Positions 1 through 14,169 of a DNA stretch of 64,000 nucleotides are shown piece after piece (the first letter of the stretch is position 1; the number at the start of each line of letters is the position of its first letter). Origin of the DNA: Lingula anatina (Eukaryota; Animalia; Brachiopoda). The DNA is taken from positions 2,666,001-2,730,000 of the forward strand of contig CM120647.1 of NCBI GenBank assembly GCA_051362555.1, read 5' to 3'. The notes below the pieces were generated by a model. That model did not search any database. It was not told the DNA's origin and saw only the letters and a list, made by a program, of their open reading frames with translations. Both the position numbers and the translations under genes were made by a program.

Positions 1-1339
1 TCATTCAGCGCAATAGTAATGATAACAAACAAATAGAGTGACAAAACTGACGTACACAGTGCTTACAATATATACAAACATCAACAGTAATGATGCTAAC
101 ATACTTGTTGATCACAATTAATAGAATTGCAACAATGACAGCACAAATATGTACAGTAATGTAAATGATTACAAAGAAAAAAAAGTACAAACAGACTTAT
201 ACAGTGATCAGATTTATATGCAGACACAAACAGTAACAACACAAACAAACACAGTGATCAATATAAATATAAACATGTACATTGTCAACAGTAACTTGCA
301 CCATAATGACAATGAACATAAGGAAAAAGAGTGAAAACATAGCCCAACACAGTCATTACAATAAATACAAACACATTCAGTAACAATACAGAATAGACAC
401 AGCAAACAGAATATAAACAGACACACAGATATACAGTGACAACAACATCATAGTAATGATAATAAACAATCAGAGTGACAAAATCAACATACACAGTAAT
501 CACAATAAGTAGAAACACCTACAGTGACAACAGCAACATGCACAGTAATGAATATAATTACTAACAAACACTGTCACAATACAGATGTACACAGTGATCA
601 GAAAAAATTTTGACATGTACAGTGACAATTGTAACATGCATCATAATTAGAATGAACACAAGCAAAAAGATTGAAAACATAGCCGCACACAGTCATGAAA
701 ATAATTACTAACAAACAGTCACAATACAGACATACACAGTGATCAGAAAAAAATTTGACATGTACAGTGACAATAGTAACGTGCACCATAATAAGAATGA
801 ACACAAGCAAAAAGATTGAAAACAGCCACATAGTCATCAAAATAATTACTAACAAACACAGACACAATACAGACATACACAGTGATCAGAAAAAAAATTT
901 GACGTGTACAGTGACAACAGTAACATGCACCATAATAAGAATAAACACAAGGAAAAAGATTGAAAAAATAGCCGCACACAGTCATCAAAATCATTACTAA
1001 CAAACACAGTCACAATACAGATATACACAGTGATCAGAAAAAAATTTGACATGTACAGTGACAACAGTAACGTGCACCATAATAAGAATGAACACAAGGA
1101 AAAAGATTGAAAACAAAGCCCCACACAGTCATCACAATTTGTACAAAAACATTCAGTAACAATACAAAATAGGCACAGCAAACACAATTTAAAGAGACAC
1201 ATAGACATACAGTGACAACCCCATCATGCAGAGTAATAGTAATGATTACAAACAGAGTGACAAAACTGACATACACATTTGCTCATCAATATCAAAAGTA
1301 AAGTAACGACACCAACGTATAATACGTACAATAAATGGA

Positions 1340-4300
1340 ATTGCAACAGTGACAACACAAATATGTACAGTAATGTTAATGATTACAAAGAAAAAAGAGG
1401 AGAAACAGAATAACACAGTGATCATAATTATATGGAGACACAAACAGTAACAACACAAACAAACATAGTGATCAAAATAAATAAAAACATGTACATTGAC
1501 AACAGTAACTCGCATCGTAATAACAATGAACACAAGGAAAAAGAATGAAAACATAGCCTTACACAGTAATCATGATATATACAAACACATTTAGTAACAA
1601 TATAGAATAGACACTGAAAACATAATATAAACAAACACATAGAAATGATTACAAAGAAATAGAGTGAAAAAACTAACAAACACATTGATCACAATAAATA
1701 CAAACACGTACAGTGACGAGAGCAACATGCACAGTAATGAAAATAATTACTATCAAACACAGTCATAATATAGACATACATAGTGATCAGAAAAAATTTG
1801 ACATGTACAGTGACAATAGTAACGTGCACCATAATGATAAGAATGAACACAAGCAAAAAGATTGAAAACATAACCGCACACAGTCAGCAAAATAATTACT
1901 AACAAACAATGACAATACAAACATACACAGTGATCAGAAAAAAATTTAACATGTACAGTGACAATAGTAACGTGCACCATAATAATAAGAATGAACACAA
2001 GCAAAAAGATTGAAAACATAACCGCACACAGTCAGCAAAATAATTACTAACAAACAATGACAATACAAACATACACAGTGATCACAAAAAAATTTAACAT
2101 GTACAGTGACAACAGTAACATGCACCATAATAAGAATAAACACAAGGTAAAAGATTGAAAACAAAGCCCCACACAGTCATCACAATTTGTACAAAAAACA
2201 TTCAGTAACAATACAAAATAGGCACAGCAAACACAATTTAAACAGACACATAGACATACAGTGACAACCCCATCATGCAGAGTAATAGTAATGATTACAA
2301 ACAGAGTGACAAAACTGACATACACATTTGGTCATCAACATCAAAAGTAAAGTAACGACACCAAAGTACATGGTGATCACAATAAATAGAATTGCAACAG
2401 TGACAACACAAATATGTACAGTAATGTTAATGATTACAAAGAAAAAAAAGAGGAGAAACAGAATAACACAATGATCATAATTATATGGAGACACAAACAG
2501 TAACAACACAAACAAACATAGTGATCAAAATAAATAAAAACATGTACATTGACAACTCGCACCGTAATGACAACGAACACAAGGAAAAAGAGTGAAAACA
2601 TAGCCCTACACAGTCATCAGAATATATACAAACACGTTCAGTAACAATATAGAATAGACACAGAAAACAGAATATAAAACAAACACATAGAGATACATTG
2701 ACAAAAACATCATTTAGTGCACAGTACATAAACAGTAATGATTACAAACAAAGAGTGACAAAACTGATGTACACAGTGCTCACAATAAATACAAGCACGT
2801 ACAGTAACAACAAAAGAGTGAAAACATAGCCCTACACAGTCATTACAATATATACAAACACATTCAGTAACAATACAGAATAGAAACAGCAAACAGAATA
2901 CATATAACAGACATATAGACATACATTGACAACACCATCATTCAGCGCAATAGTAATGATAAAAAACAAATAGAGTGACAAAACTGACGTACACAGTGCT
3001 CACAATATATGCAAACATCAACAGTCATGACGCTAACATACTTGTTGATCACAATAAATAGAATTGTAACAATGACAGCACAAATATGTACAGTAATGTT
3101 AATGATTACAAAGAAAAAAAGTACAAACAGACTTATACAGTGATCAGATTTATATGCAGACACAAACAGTAACAACACAAACAAACACAGTGATCAATAT
3201 AAATATAAACATGTACATTGATAACAGTAACTAGCACCATAATGACAATGAACACAAGGAAAAAGAGTGAAAACATAGCCTTACACAGTCATCAGAATAT
3301 ATACAAACACATTTAGTAACAATATAAAATAGACACAGCAAACAGAATATAAACAGACACACAGATATACAGTGACAACAACATCATAGTAATGATAATA
3401 AACAAATAGAGTGACAAAACCAGCATACACAGTAATCACAATAAGTATAAACACGTACAGTGACAACAGCAACATGCACAGTAATGAATATAATTACTAA
3501 CAAACACTATCACAATGCAGACGTACACAGTGATCAGAAAAAATTTTAACATATACAGTGACAATAGTAACATGCACCATAATAAGAATGAACACAAACA
3601 AAAAGATTGAAAACAGCCACATAGTCATCAAAATAATTACTAACAAACACAGACACAATACAGACATACACAGTGATCAGAAAAAAATTTGACATGTACA
3701 GTGACAATAGTAACGTGCACCATAATAAGAATGAACACAAGGAAAAAGATTGAAAAAATAGCCGCACACAGTCATCAAAATAATTACTAACAAACACAGT
3801 CACAATACAGATATACACAGTGATCAGAAAAAAATTTGACATGTACAGTGACAATAGTAACGTGCACCATAATAAGAATGAACTCAAGGAAAAAGATTGA
3901 AAACAAAGCCCCACACAGTCATCACAATTTGTACAAAAACATTCAGTAATAATACAAAATAGGCACAGCAAACACAATTTAAACAGACACATAGACATAC
4001 AGTGACAACCCCTCAGAGTAATAGTAATGATTATAAACAGAGTGACAAAACTGACATACACATTTACTCATCAATATCAAAAGTAAAGTAACGACACCAA
4101 CGTACATGGTGATCACAATAAATAGAATTGCAACAGTGACAACACAAATATGTACAGTAATGATAATGATTACAAAGAAAAAAAGAGTACAAACACACTT
4201 ATACAGTGGTCAGATTTATATGCAGACACAAACAGTAACGACAGAAACAAACACAGTGCTCAAAATAAATATAAACATGTATATTGTCGCATAGAAATGA

Positions 4301-7300
4301 GCACCGAAATGACAATAAACACAAGAAAAAAGAGTGAAAACATAGCCCTACACAGTCATTACAATATATACAAACACATTCAGTAACAATACAGAATAGA
4401 AACAGCAAACAGAATACATATAACAGACACATAGACATTCATTGACAACACCATCATTCAGCGCAATAGTAATGATAACAAACAAATAGAGTGACAAAAC
4501 TGACATACACAATGCTCACAATAAATACAAGCACGTACAGTAACAACACAAACATGCACAGTCATCAAAATGAATATTAATATATACAGTGACAACAATA
4601 ATGTGCAATGTAATGACAATGAACACAAGGAAAAAGAGTGAAAACATAGACCTACACAGTCATCACAATATATACAAACATATTCAGAAACAATATAGAA
4701 TAGACACAAAAAACAGAATATAAAGAAACACATAGATATACAGTGACAACACCATCATTCAGTGCAACAGTAATGATTACAAACAAAGAGTGACAAAACT
4801 GACATACACAGTGCTCACAATATATACAAACATCAACAGTATTGACGCTAACATACATGTTGATCACAATAAATAGAATTGCAACAATGACAGCACAAAT
4901 ATGTACAGTAATGTTAATAATTACGAAGAAAAATGAGGAGAAACAGAATAACACAGTGATCATAATTATATGCAGACACAAACAGTAACAACACAAACAA
5001 ACACAGAAATCAAAATAAATATAAACATGTACATTGATAACAGTAACTAGCACCGAAATGATAATGAACCCAAGAAAAAAAGGATTGAAAACATAGCCCA
5101 AGACAGTCATTACAATAATTACAAACACATTCAGTAACAATACAGAATAGACACAGCAAACAGAATATAAACAGACACACAGATATACTGTGACAACAAC
5201 ATCATAGTAATGATTACAAACAAACAGATTCACAAAACTAACATACACAGTGATCACAATATATACAAACACATACAGTGACAACACCAACATGCACAGT
5301 AATTGAAATGATTACTAAAAAAACACTGTCACAATACAGACATACACAGTGATTAGAAAAAAATTGACATGTACAGTGATATCAGTAACTTGCACAGAAA
5401 AGAGAATGAACACAGGGAAAAAGAGTGAAAAAAAAAAAAAAATAGCCGCAGACAGTCATCCCAATATGTACAAACACATTCAGTAACAATACAGAATAGA
5501 CATAGCAAACGCAATATAAGCAGACACATAGACATATAATTACTACACCAACATTCAGAGTAACAGTAACAGTAATGATTACAAACAAATAAAGTGACAA
5601 AACAGACAAACACAGTTATCAGAATACATGGAAATACATGCAGTGACAATATAGAATAGACACAGCAAACAGAATATAAACAGACACACAGATCTAGACA
5701 TACACTGAAAGCACCATCATTCACCTTAATAGTAATGATAATAAATAGAACAGAATAACACAGAGTGAAAACATAGCCCTACACAGTCATCAGAATAATT
5801 ACTAACAAACAGTCACAATACAGACATACACAGTGATCAGAAAAAATTTTGACATGTACAGTGACAATAGTAACATGCACCATAATAAGAATAAACACAA
5901 GGAAAAAGATTGAAAACAAAGCCGCACACAGTCATCACAATTTGTACAAAAACATTCAGTAACAATACAAAATAGGCACAGCAAACACAATTTAAACAGA
6001 CACATAGACATACAGTGACAACCCCTCAGAGTAATAGTAATGATTACAAACAGAGTGACAAAACTGACATACACATTCCCTCATCAACATCAAAAGTAAA
6101 GTAACGACACCAACGTACATGGTGATCACAATAAATGGAATTGCAACAATGACAACACAAATATGTACAATAATGTTAATGATTACAAAGACAAAAGAGG
6201 AGAAACAGAATAACACAGTGATCATAATTATATGGAGACACAAACAGTAACAACATAAACACAGTGCTCAAAATAAATATAAACATGTATATTGTCACAT
6301 AGAAATGAGCACCGAAATGACAAACAAACACAGTGATCAATATAAATATAAACATGTACATTGATAACAGTAACTTCCACCATAATGACAATGAACATAA
6401 GGAAAAAGAGTGAAAACATAGCCCAACACAGTCATTACAATAAATACAAACACATTCAGTAACAATACAGAATAGACACAGCAAACAGAATATAAACAGA
6501 CACACAGATATACAGTGACAACCCCATCATGCAGAGTAATAGTAATGATTACAAACAGAGTGACAAAACTGACATACACATTCGCTCATCAACATCAAAA
6601 GTAAAGTAAAGACACCAACGTACATGGTGATCAAAATAAATAGAATTGCAACAGTGACAACACAAATATGTACAGTAATGTTAATGATTATAAAGAAAAA
6701 AAGAGTACAAACACACTCATACAGTGGTCAGATTTATATGCAGACTCAAACAGTAACAACATAAACACAGTGCTCAAAATAAATATAAACATGTATATTG
6801 TCACATAGAAATGAGCACCGAAATGACAATAAAAACAAGAAAAAAGAGTGAAAACATAGCCCTACACAGTCATTACAATATATACAAACACATTCAGTAA
6901 CAATACAGAAAAGAAACAGCAAACAGAATATTTATAACAGACATATAGACATACATTGACAACACCATCATTCAGCGCAATAGTAATGATAACAAACAAA
7001 TAGAGTGACAAAACTGATGTACACAATGCTCACAATAAATACAAGCACGTACAGTAACAACACAAACATGCACAGTCATCAAAATGAATATTAATATATA
7101 CAGTGACAACAATGTGCAATGTAATGACAATGAACACCAAGAAAAAGAGTGAAAACATAGACCTACACAGTCATCACAATATATACAAACACATTCAGAA
7201 ACAATATAGAATAGACACAAAAAACAGAATATAAAGAAACACATAGACATACAGTGACAACACCATTATTCAGTGCAACAGTAATGATTACAAACAAAGA

Positions 7301-9260
7301 GTTACAAAACTTACATACACAGTGCTCACAATATACACAAACATCAACAGTATTGACGCTAACATACATGTTGATCACAATAAATAGAATTGCAACAATG
7401 ACAGCACAAATATGTACAGTAATGTTAATAATTACAAAGAAAAAAGAGGAGAAACAGAATAACACAGTGATCATAATTATATGCAGACACAAACAGTAAC
7501 AACACAAACAAACACAGTAATCAAAATAAGTATTAACATGTACATTGACAACAGTAACTAGCACCAAAATGATAATGAACCCAAGAAAAAAAGGATTGAA
7601 AACATAGCCCAAAACAGTCATTACAATAATTAAAGACTGTATTTTTTAAGATCATTGAGAACTTTTACTGATAGTGTGCCTATTTTAGTCAATTTTTATA
7701 GGTGTGTAATTGAAAGCATTCTAGCGTACGGAATTATAATATGGTATAGCGGAACAGCTGGGGAGGAAAGGAAGAAATTAGCAAACGTTGTAAAAACTGC
7801 AAGCAGGATTATCGGACAAGATCTCCCCAAGCTGGATGATATTTTTAAGGACAGGATGGAGAAAAGAATTGTCAACACCATGAAAGACGCTTTCCATCCT
7901 GCATCCTCTCTTTTTACTTTTTTACCAAGCAACAGTAGACTTTTAACTTTTAAAGGCAGTAAACGCTTTTTAAACAGCTTTTATCCAAGTGCAGTGACGC
8001 ATTTTAATTTGATCTCAAAGCTAAATTCTTAATTTATTTATTTATTTTTTTATTATTTTACTCTGTATATTGCTCCAATGGAAAATGATTTCCGATTTTT
8101 ATAATTGGCTAAATAAACTCTTATCTTATCTTAAACACATTCAGTAACAATACAGAATAGACACAGCAAACAGAATATAAACAGACACACAGATATACGG
8201 TGACAACAACATCATAGTAATGATTACAAACAAATAGAGTGACAAAACTAACATACACAGTGATCACAATATATACAAACACATACAGTGACAACACCAA
8301 CATGCACAGTAATCGAAATGATTACTAAAAAACACTGTCACAATACAGACATACACAGTGATTAGAAAAAAATTGACATGTACAGTGATATCAGTAACTT
8401 GCACAGAAAAGAGAATGAACACAGGGAAAAAGAGTGAAAAAAAAAAATAGCCGCAGACAGTCATCCCAATATGTACAAACACATTCAGTAACAATACAGA
8501 ATAGACATAGCAAACGCAATATAAGCAGACACATAGACATATAATTACTACACCAACATTCAGAGTAACAGTAACAGTAATGATTACAAACAAATAAAGT
8601 GACAAAACAGACAAACACAGTTATCAGAATACATGGAAATACATGCAGTGACAATATAGAATAGACACAGCAAACAGAATATAAACAGACACACAGATCT
8701 AGACATACACTGAAAGCACCATCATTCACCTTAATAGTAATGATAATAAATAGAACAGAATAACACAGAGTGAAAACATAGCCCTACACAGTCATCAGAA
8801 TAATTACTAACAAACAGTCACAATACAGACATACACAGTGATCAGAAAAAATTTTGACATGTACAGTGACAATAGTAACATGCACCATAATAAGAATAAA
8901 CACAAGGAAAAAGATTGAAAACAAAGCCGCACACAGTCATCACAATTTGTACAAAAACATTCAGTAACAATACAAAATAGGCACAGCAAACACAATTTAA
9001 ACAGACACATAGACATACAGTGACAACCCCTCAGAGTAATAGTAATGATTACAAACAGAGTGACAAAACTGACATACACATTCCCTCATCAATATCAAAA
9101 GTAAAGTAACTACACCAACGTACATGGTGATCACAATAAATGGAATTGCAACAATGACAACACAAATATGTACAATAATGTTAATGATTACAAAGACAAA
9201 AGAGGAGAAACAGAATAACACAGTGATCATAATTATATGGAGACACAAACAGTAACAACA
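1340..9260. repeat. Copy 1 of a ~7.9-kb near-identical duplication (period ~12.83 kb)
   Basis: ORF offsets are 12,828 (1428/14256, 3546/16374), 12,822 (7655/20477) and 12,840 (8807/21647). The copies diverge at ~9260/22100. Confidence 0.9.
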
Positions 9261-12200
9261 TAAACACAGTGCTCAAAATAAATATAAACATGTATATTGT
9301 CACATAGAAATGAGCACCGAAATGACAAACAAACACAGTGATCAATATAAATATAAACATGTACATTGATAACAGTAACTTCCACCATAATGACAATGAA
9401 CATAAGGAAAAAGAGTGAAAACATAGCCCAACACAGTCATTACAATAAATACAAACACATTCAGTAACAATACAGAATAGACACAGCAAACAGAATATAA
9501 ACAGACACACAGATATACAGTGACAACCCCATCATGCAGAGTAATAGTAATGATTACAAACAGAGTGACAAAACTGACATACACATTCGCTCATCAACAT
9601 CAAAAGTAAAGTAAAGACACCAACGTACATGGTGATCAAAATAAATAGAATTGCAACAGTGACAACACAAATATGTACAGTAATGTTAATGATTATAAAG
9701 AAAAAAAGAGTACAAACACACTCATACAGTGGTCAGATTTATATGCAGACACAAACAGTAACAACATAAACACAGTGCTCAAAATAAATATAAACATGTA
9801 TATTGTCACATAGAAATGAGCACCGAAATGACAATAAAAACAAGAAAAAAGAGTGAAAACATAGCCCTACACAGTCATTACAATATATACAAACACATTC
9901 AGTAACAATACAGAAAAGAAACAGCAAACAGAATATTTATAACAGACATATAGACATACATTGACAACACCATCATTCAGCGCAATAGTAATGATAACAA
10001 ACAAATAGAGTGACAAAACTGATGTACACAATGCTCACAATAAATACAAGCACGTACAGTAACAACACAAACATGCACAGTCATCAAAATGAATATTAAT
10101 ATATACAGTGACAACAATGTGCAATGTAATGACAATTAATGAACACCAAGAAAAAGAGTGAAAACATAGACCTACACAGTCATCACAATATATACAAACA
10201 CATTCAGAAACAATATAGAATAGACACAAAAAACAGAATATAAAGAAACACATAGACATACAGTGACAACACCATTATTCAGTGCAACAGTAATGATTAC
10301 AAACAAAGAGTTACAAAACTTACATACACAGTGCTCACAATATACACAAACATCAACAGTACTGACGCTAACATACATGTTGATCACAATAAATAGAATT
10401 GCAACAATGACAGCACAAATATGTACAGTAATGTTAATAATTACAAAGAAAAAAGAGGAGAAACAGAATAACACAGTGATCATAATTATATGCAGACACA
10501 AACAGTAACAACACAAACAAACACAGTAATCAAAATAAGTATTAACATGTACATTGACAACAGTAACTAGCACCAAAATGATAATGAACCCAAGAAAAAA
10601 AGGATTGAAAACATAGCCAAAAACAGTCATTACAATAATTACAAACACATTCAGTAACAATACAGAATAGACACAGCAAACAGAATATAAACAGACACAC
10701 AGATATACGGTGACAACAACATCATAGTAATGATTACAAACAAATAGAGTGACAAAACTAACATACACAGTGATCACAATATATACAAACACATACAGTG
10801 ACAACACCAACATGCACAGTAATCGAAATGATTACTAAAAAACACTGTCACAATACAGACATACACAGTGATTAGAAAAAAATTGACATGTACAGTGATA
10901 TCAGTAACTTGCACAGAAAAGAGAATGAACACAGGGAAAAAGAGTGAAAAAAAAAATAGCCGCAGACAGTCATCCCAATATGTACAAACACATTCAGTAA
11001 CAATACAGAATAGACATAGCAAACGCAATATAAGCAGACACATAGACATATAATTACTACACCAACATTCAGAGTAACAGTAACAGTAATGATTACAAAC
11101 AAATAAAGTGACAAAACAGACAAACACAGTTATCAGAATACATGGAAATACATGCAGTGACAATATAGAATAGACACAGCAAACAGAATATAAACAGACA
11201 CACAGATCTAGACATACACTGAAAGCACCATCATTCACCTTAATAGTAATGATAATAAATAGAACAGAATAACACAGAGTGAAAACATAGCCCTACACAG
11301 TCATCAGAATAATTACTAACAAACAGTCACAATACAGACATACACAGTGATCAGAAAAAATTTTGACATGTACAGTGACAATAGTAACATGCACCATAAT
11401 AAGAATAAACACAAGGAAAAAGATTGAAAACAAAGCCGCACACAGTCATCACAATTTGTACAAAAACATTCAGTAACAATACAAAATAGGCACAGCAAAC
11501 ACAATTTAAACAGACACATAGACATACAGTGACAACCCCTCAGAGTAATAGTAATGATTACAAACAGAGTGACAAAACTGACATACACATTCCCTCATCA
11601 ATATCAAAAGTAAAGTAACTACACCAACGTACATGGTGATCACAATAAATGGAATTGCAACAATGACAACACAAATATGTACAATAATGTTAATGATTAC
11701 AAAGACAAAAGAGGAGAAACAGAATAACACAGTGATCATAATTATATGGAGACACAAACAGTAACAACATAAACACAGTGCTCAAAATAAATATAAACAT
11801 GTATATTGTCACATAGAAATGAGCACCGAAATGACAAACAAACACAGTGATCAATATAAATATAAACATGTACATTGATAACAGTAACTTCCACCATAAT
11901 GACAATGAACATAAGGAAAAAGAGTGAAAACATAGCCCAACACAGTCATTACAATAAATACAAACACATTCAGTAACAATACAGAATAGACACAGCAAAC
12001 AGAATATAAACAGACACACAGATATACAGTGACAACCCCATCATGCAGAGTAATAGTAATGATTACAAACAGAGTGACAAAACTGACATACACATTCGCT
12101 CATCAACATCAAAAGTAAAGTAAAGACACCAACGTACATGGTGATCAAAATAAATAGAATTGCAACAGTGACAACACAAATATGTACAGTAATGTTAATG

Positions 12201-13850
12201 ATTATAAAGAAAAAAAGAGTACAAACACACTCATACAGTGGTCAGATTTATATGCAGACACAAACAGTAACAACATAAACACAGTGCTCAAAATAAATAT
12301 AAACATGTATATTGTCACATAGAAATGAGCACCGAAATGACAATAAAAACAAGAAAAAAGAGTGAAAACATAGCCCTACACAGTCATTACAATATATACA
12401 AACACATTCAGTAACAATACAGAAAAGAAACAGCAAACAGAATATTTATAACAGACATATAGACATACATTGACAACACCATCATTCAGCGCAATAGTAA
12501 TGATAACAAACAAATAGAGTGACAAAACTGATGTACACAATGCTCACAATAAATACAAGCACGTACAGTAACAACACAAACATGCACAGTCATCAAAATG
12601 AATATTAATATATACAGTGACAACAATGTGCAATGTAATGACAATTAATGAACACCAAGAAAAAGAGTGAAAACATAGACCTACACAGTCATCACAATAT
12701 ATACAAACACATTCAGAAACAATATAGAATAGACACAAAAAACAGAATATAAAGAAACACATAGACATACAGTGACAACACCATTATTCAGTGCAACAGT
12801 AATGATTACAAACAAAGAGTTACAAAACTTACATACACAGTGCTCACAATATACACAAACATCAACAGTACTGACGCTAACATACATGTTGATCACAATA
12901 AATAGAATTGCAACAATGACAGCACAAATATGTACAGTAATGTTAATAATTACAAAGAAAAAAGAGGAGAAACAGAATAACACAGTGATCATAATTATAT
13001 GCAGACACAAACAGTAACAACACAAACAAACACAGTAATCAAAATAAGTATTAACATGTACATTGACAACAGTAACTAGCACCAAAATGATAATGAACCC
13101 AAGAAAAAAAGGATTGAAAACATAGCCCAAAACAGTCATTACAATAATTACAAACACATTCAGTAACAATACAGAATAGACACAGCAAACAGAATATAAA
13201 CAGACACACAGATATACGGTGACAACAACATCATAGTAATGATTACAAACAAATAGAGTGACAAAACTAACATACACAGTGATCACAATATATACAAACA
13301 CATACAGTGACAACACCAACATGCACAGTAATCGAAATGATTACTAAAAAACACTGTCACAATACAGACATACACAGTGATTAGAAAAAAATTGACATGT
13401 ACAGTGATATCAGTAACTTGCACAGAAAAGAGAATGAACACAGGGAAAAAGAGTGAAAAAAAAAATAGCCGTAGACAGTCATCCCAATATGTACAAACAC
13501 ATTCAGTAACAATACAGAATAGACATAGCAAACGCAATATAAGCAGACACATAGACATATAATTACTACACCAACATTCAGAGTAACAGTAACAGTAATG
13601 ATTACAAACAAATAAAGTGACAAAACAGACAAACACAGTTATCAGAATACATGGAAATACATGCAGTGACAATATAGAATAGACACAGCAAACAGAATAT
13701 AAACAGACACACAGATCTAGACATACACTGAAAGCACCATCATTCACCTTAATAGTAATGATAATAAATAGAACAGAATAACACAGAGTGAAAACATAGC
13801 CCTACACAGTCATCAGAATAATTACTAACAAACAGTCACAATACAGATAT
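5120..13850. repeat. Higher-order tandem repeat with a 2,509-bp period (~3.3 copies; the first carries the LINE)
   Basis: Matching ORF-track entries are offset by exactly 2,509 (8807/11316/13825, 10263/12772, 9181/11690). The first copy is offset by ~3,005-3,009 because it carries the ~500-bp LINE. Confidence 0.92.
7633..8132 (+). mobile_element. 5'-truncated Rex1/Babar-type LINE (ORF2 C-terminus, DUF1891-like, plus 3' UTR and (TTATC)n tail)
   Basis: The frame 7634-8032 reads RLYFLRSLRTFTDSVPILVNFYRCVIESIL..W..HPASSLFTFLPS..RFLNSFYPSAV, typical of the Rex1/Babar post-RT region. It ends AATAAACTC(TTATC)2TT. Empty sites at ~10641 and ~13150 read TACAATAATTACAAACACATTC. Confidence 0.88.
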
Positions 13851-14169
13851 ACACAGTGATCAGAAAAAATTTTGACATGTACAGTGACAATAGTAACATG
13901 CACCATAATAAGAATAAACACAAGGAAAAAGATTGAAAACAAAGCCCCACACAGTCATCACAATTTGTACAAAAACATTCAGTAACAATACAAAATAGGC
14001 ACAGCAAACACAATTTAAAGAGACACATAGACATACAGTGACAACCCCATCATGCAGAGTAATAGGATAGATTATAAACAGAGTGACAAAACTGACATAC
14101 ACATTTGCTCATCAACATCAAAAGTAAAGTAACGACACCAACGTACATGGTGATCACAATAACTGGAAT

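Noticed and set aside
7655-8032. 125-aa ORF as a standalone gene (also 20477-20854)
   Set aside because: The TTG start is internal to a 5'-truncated LINE ORF2. The frame continues upstream to the insertion junction.
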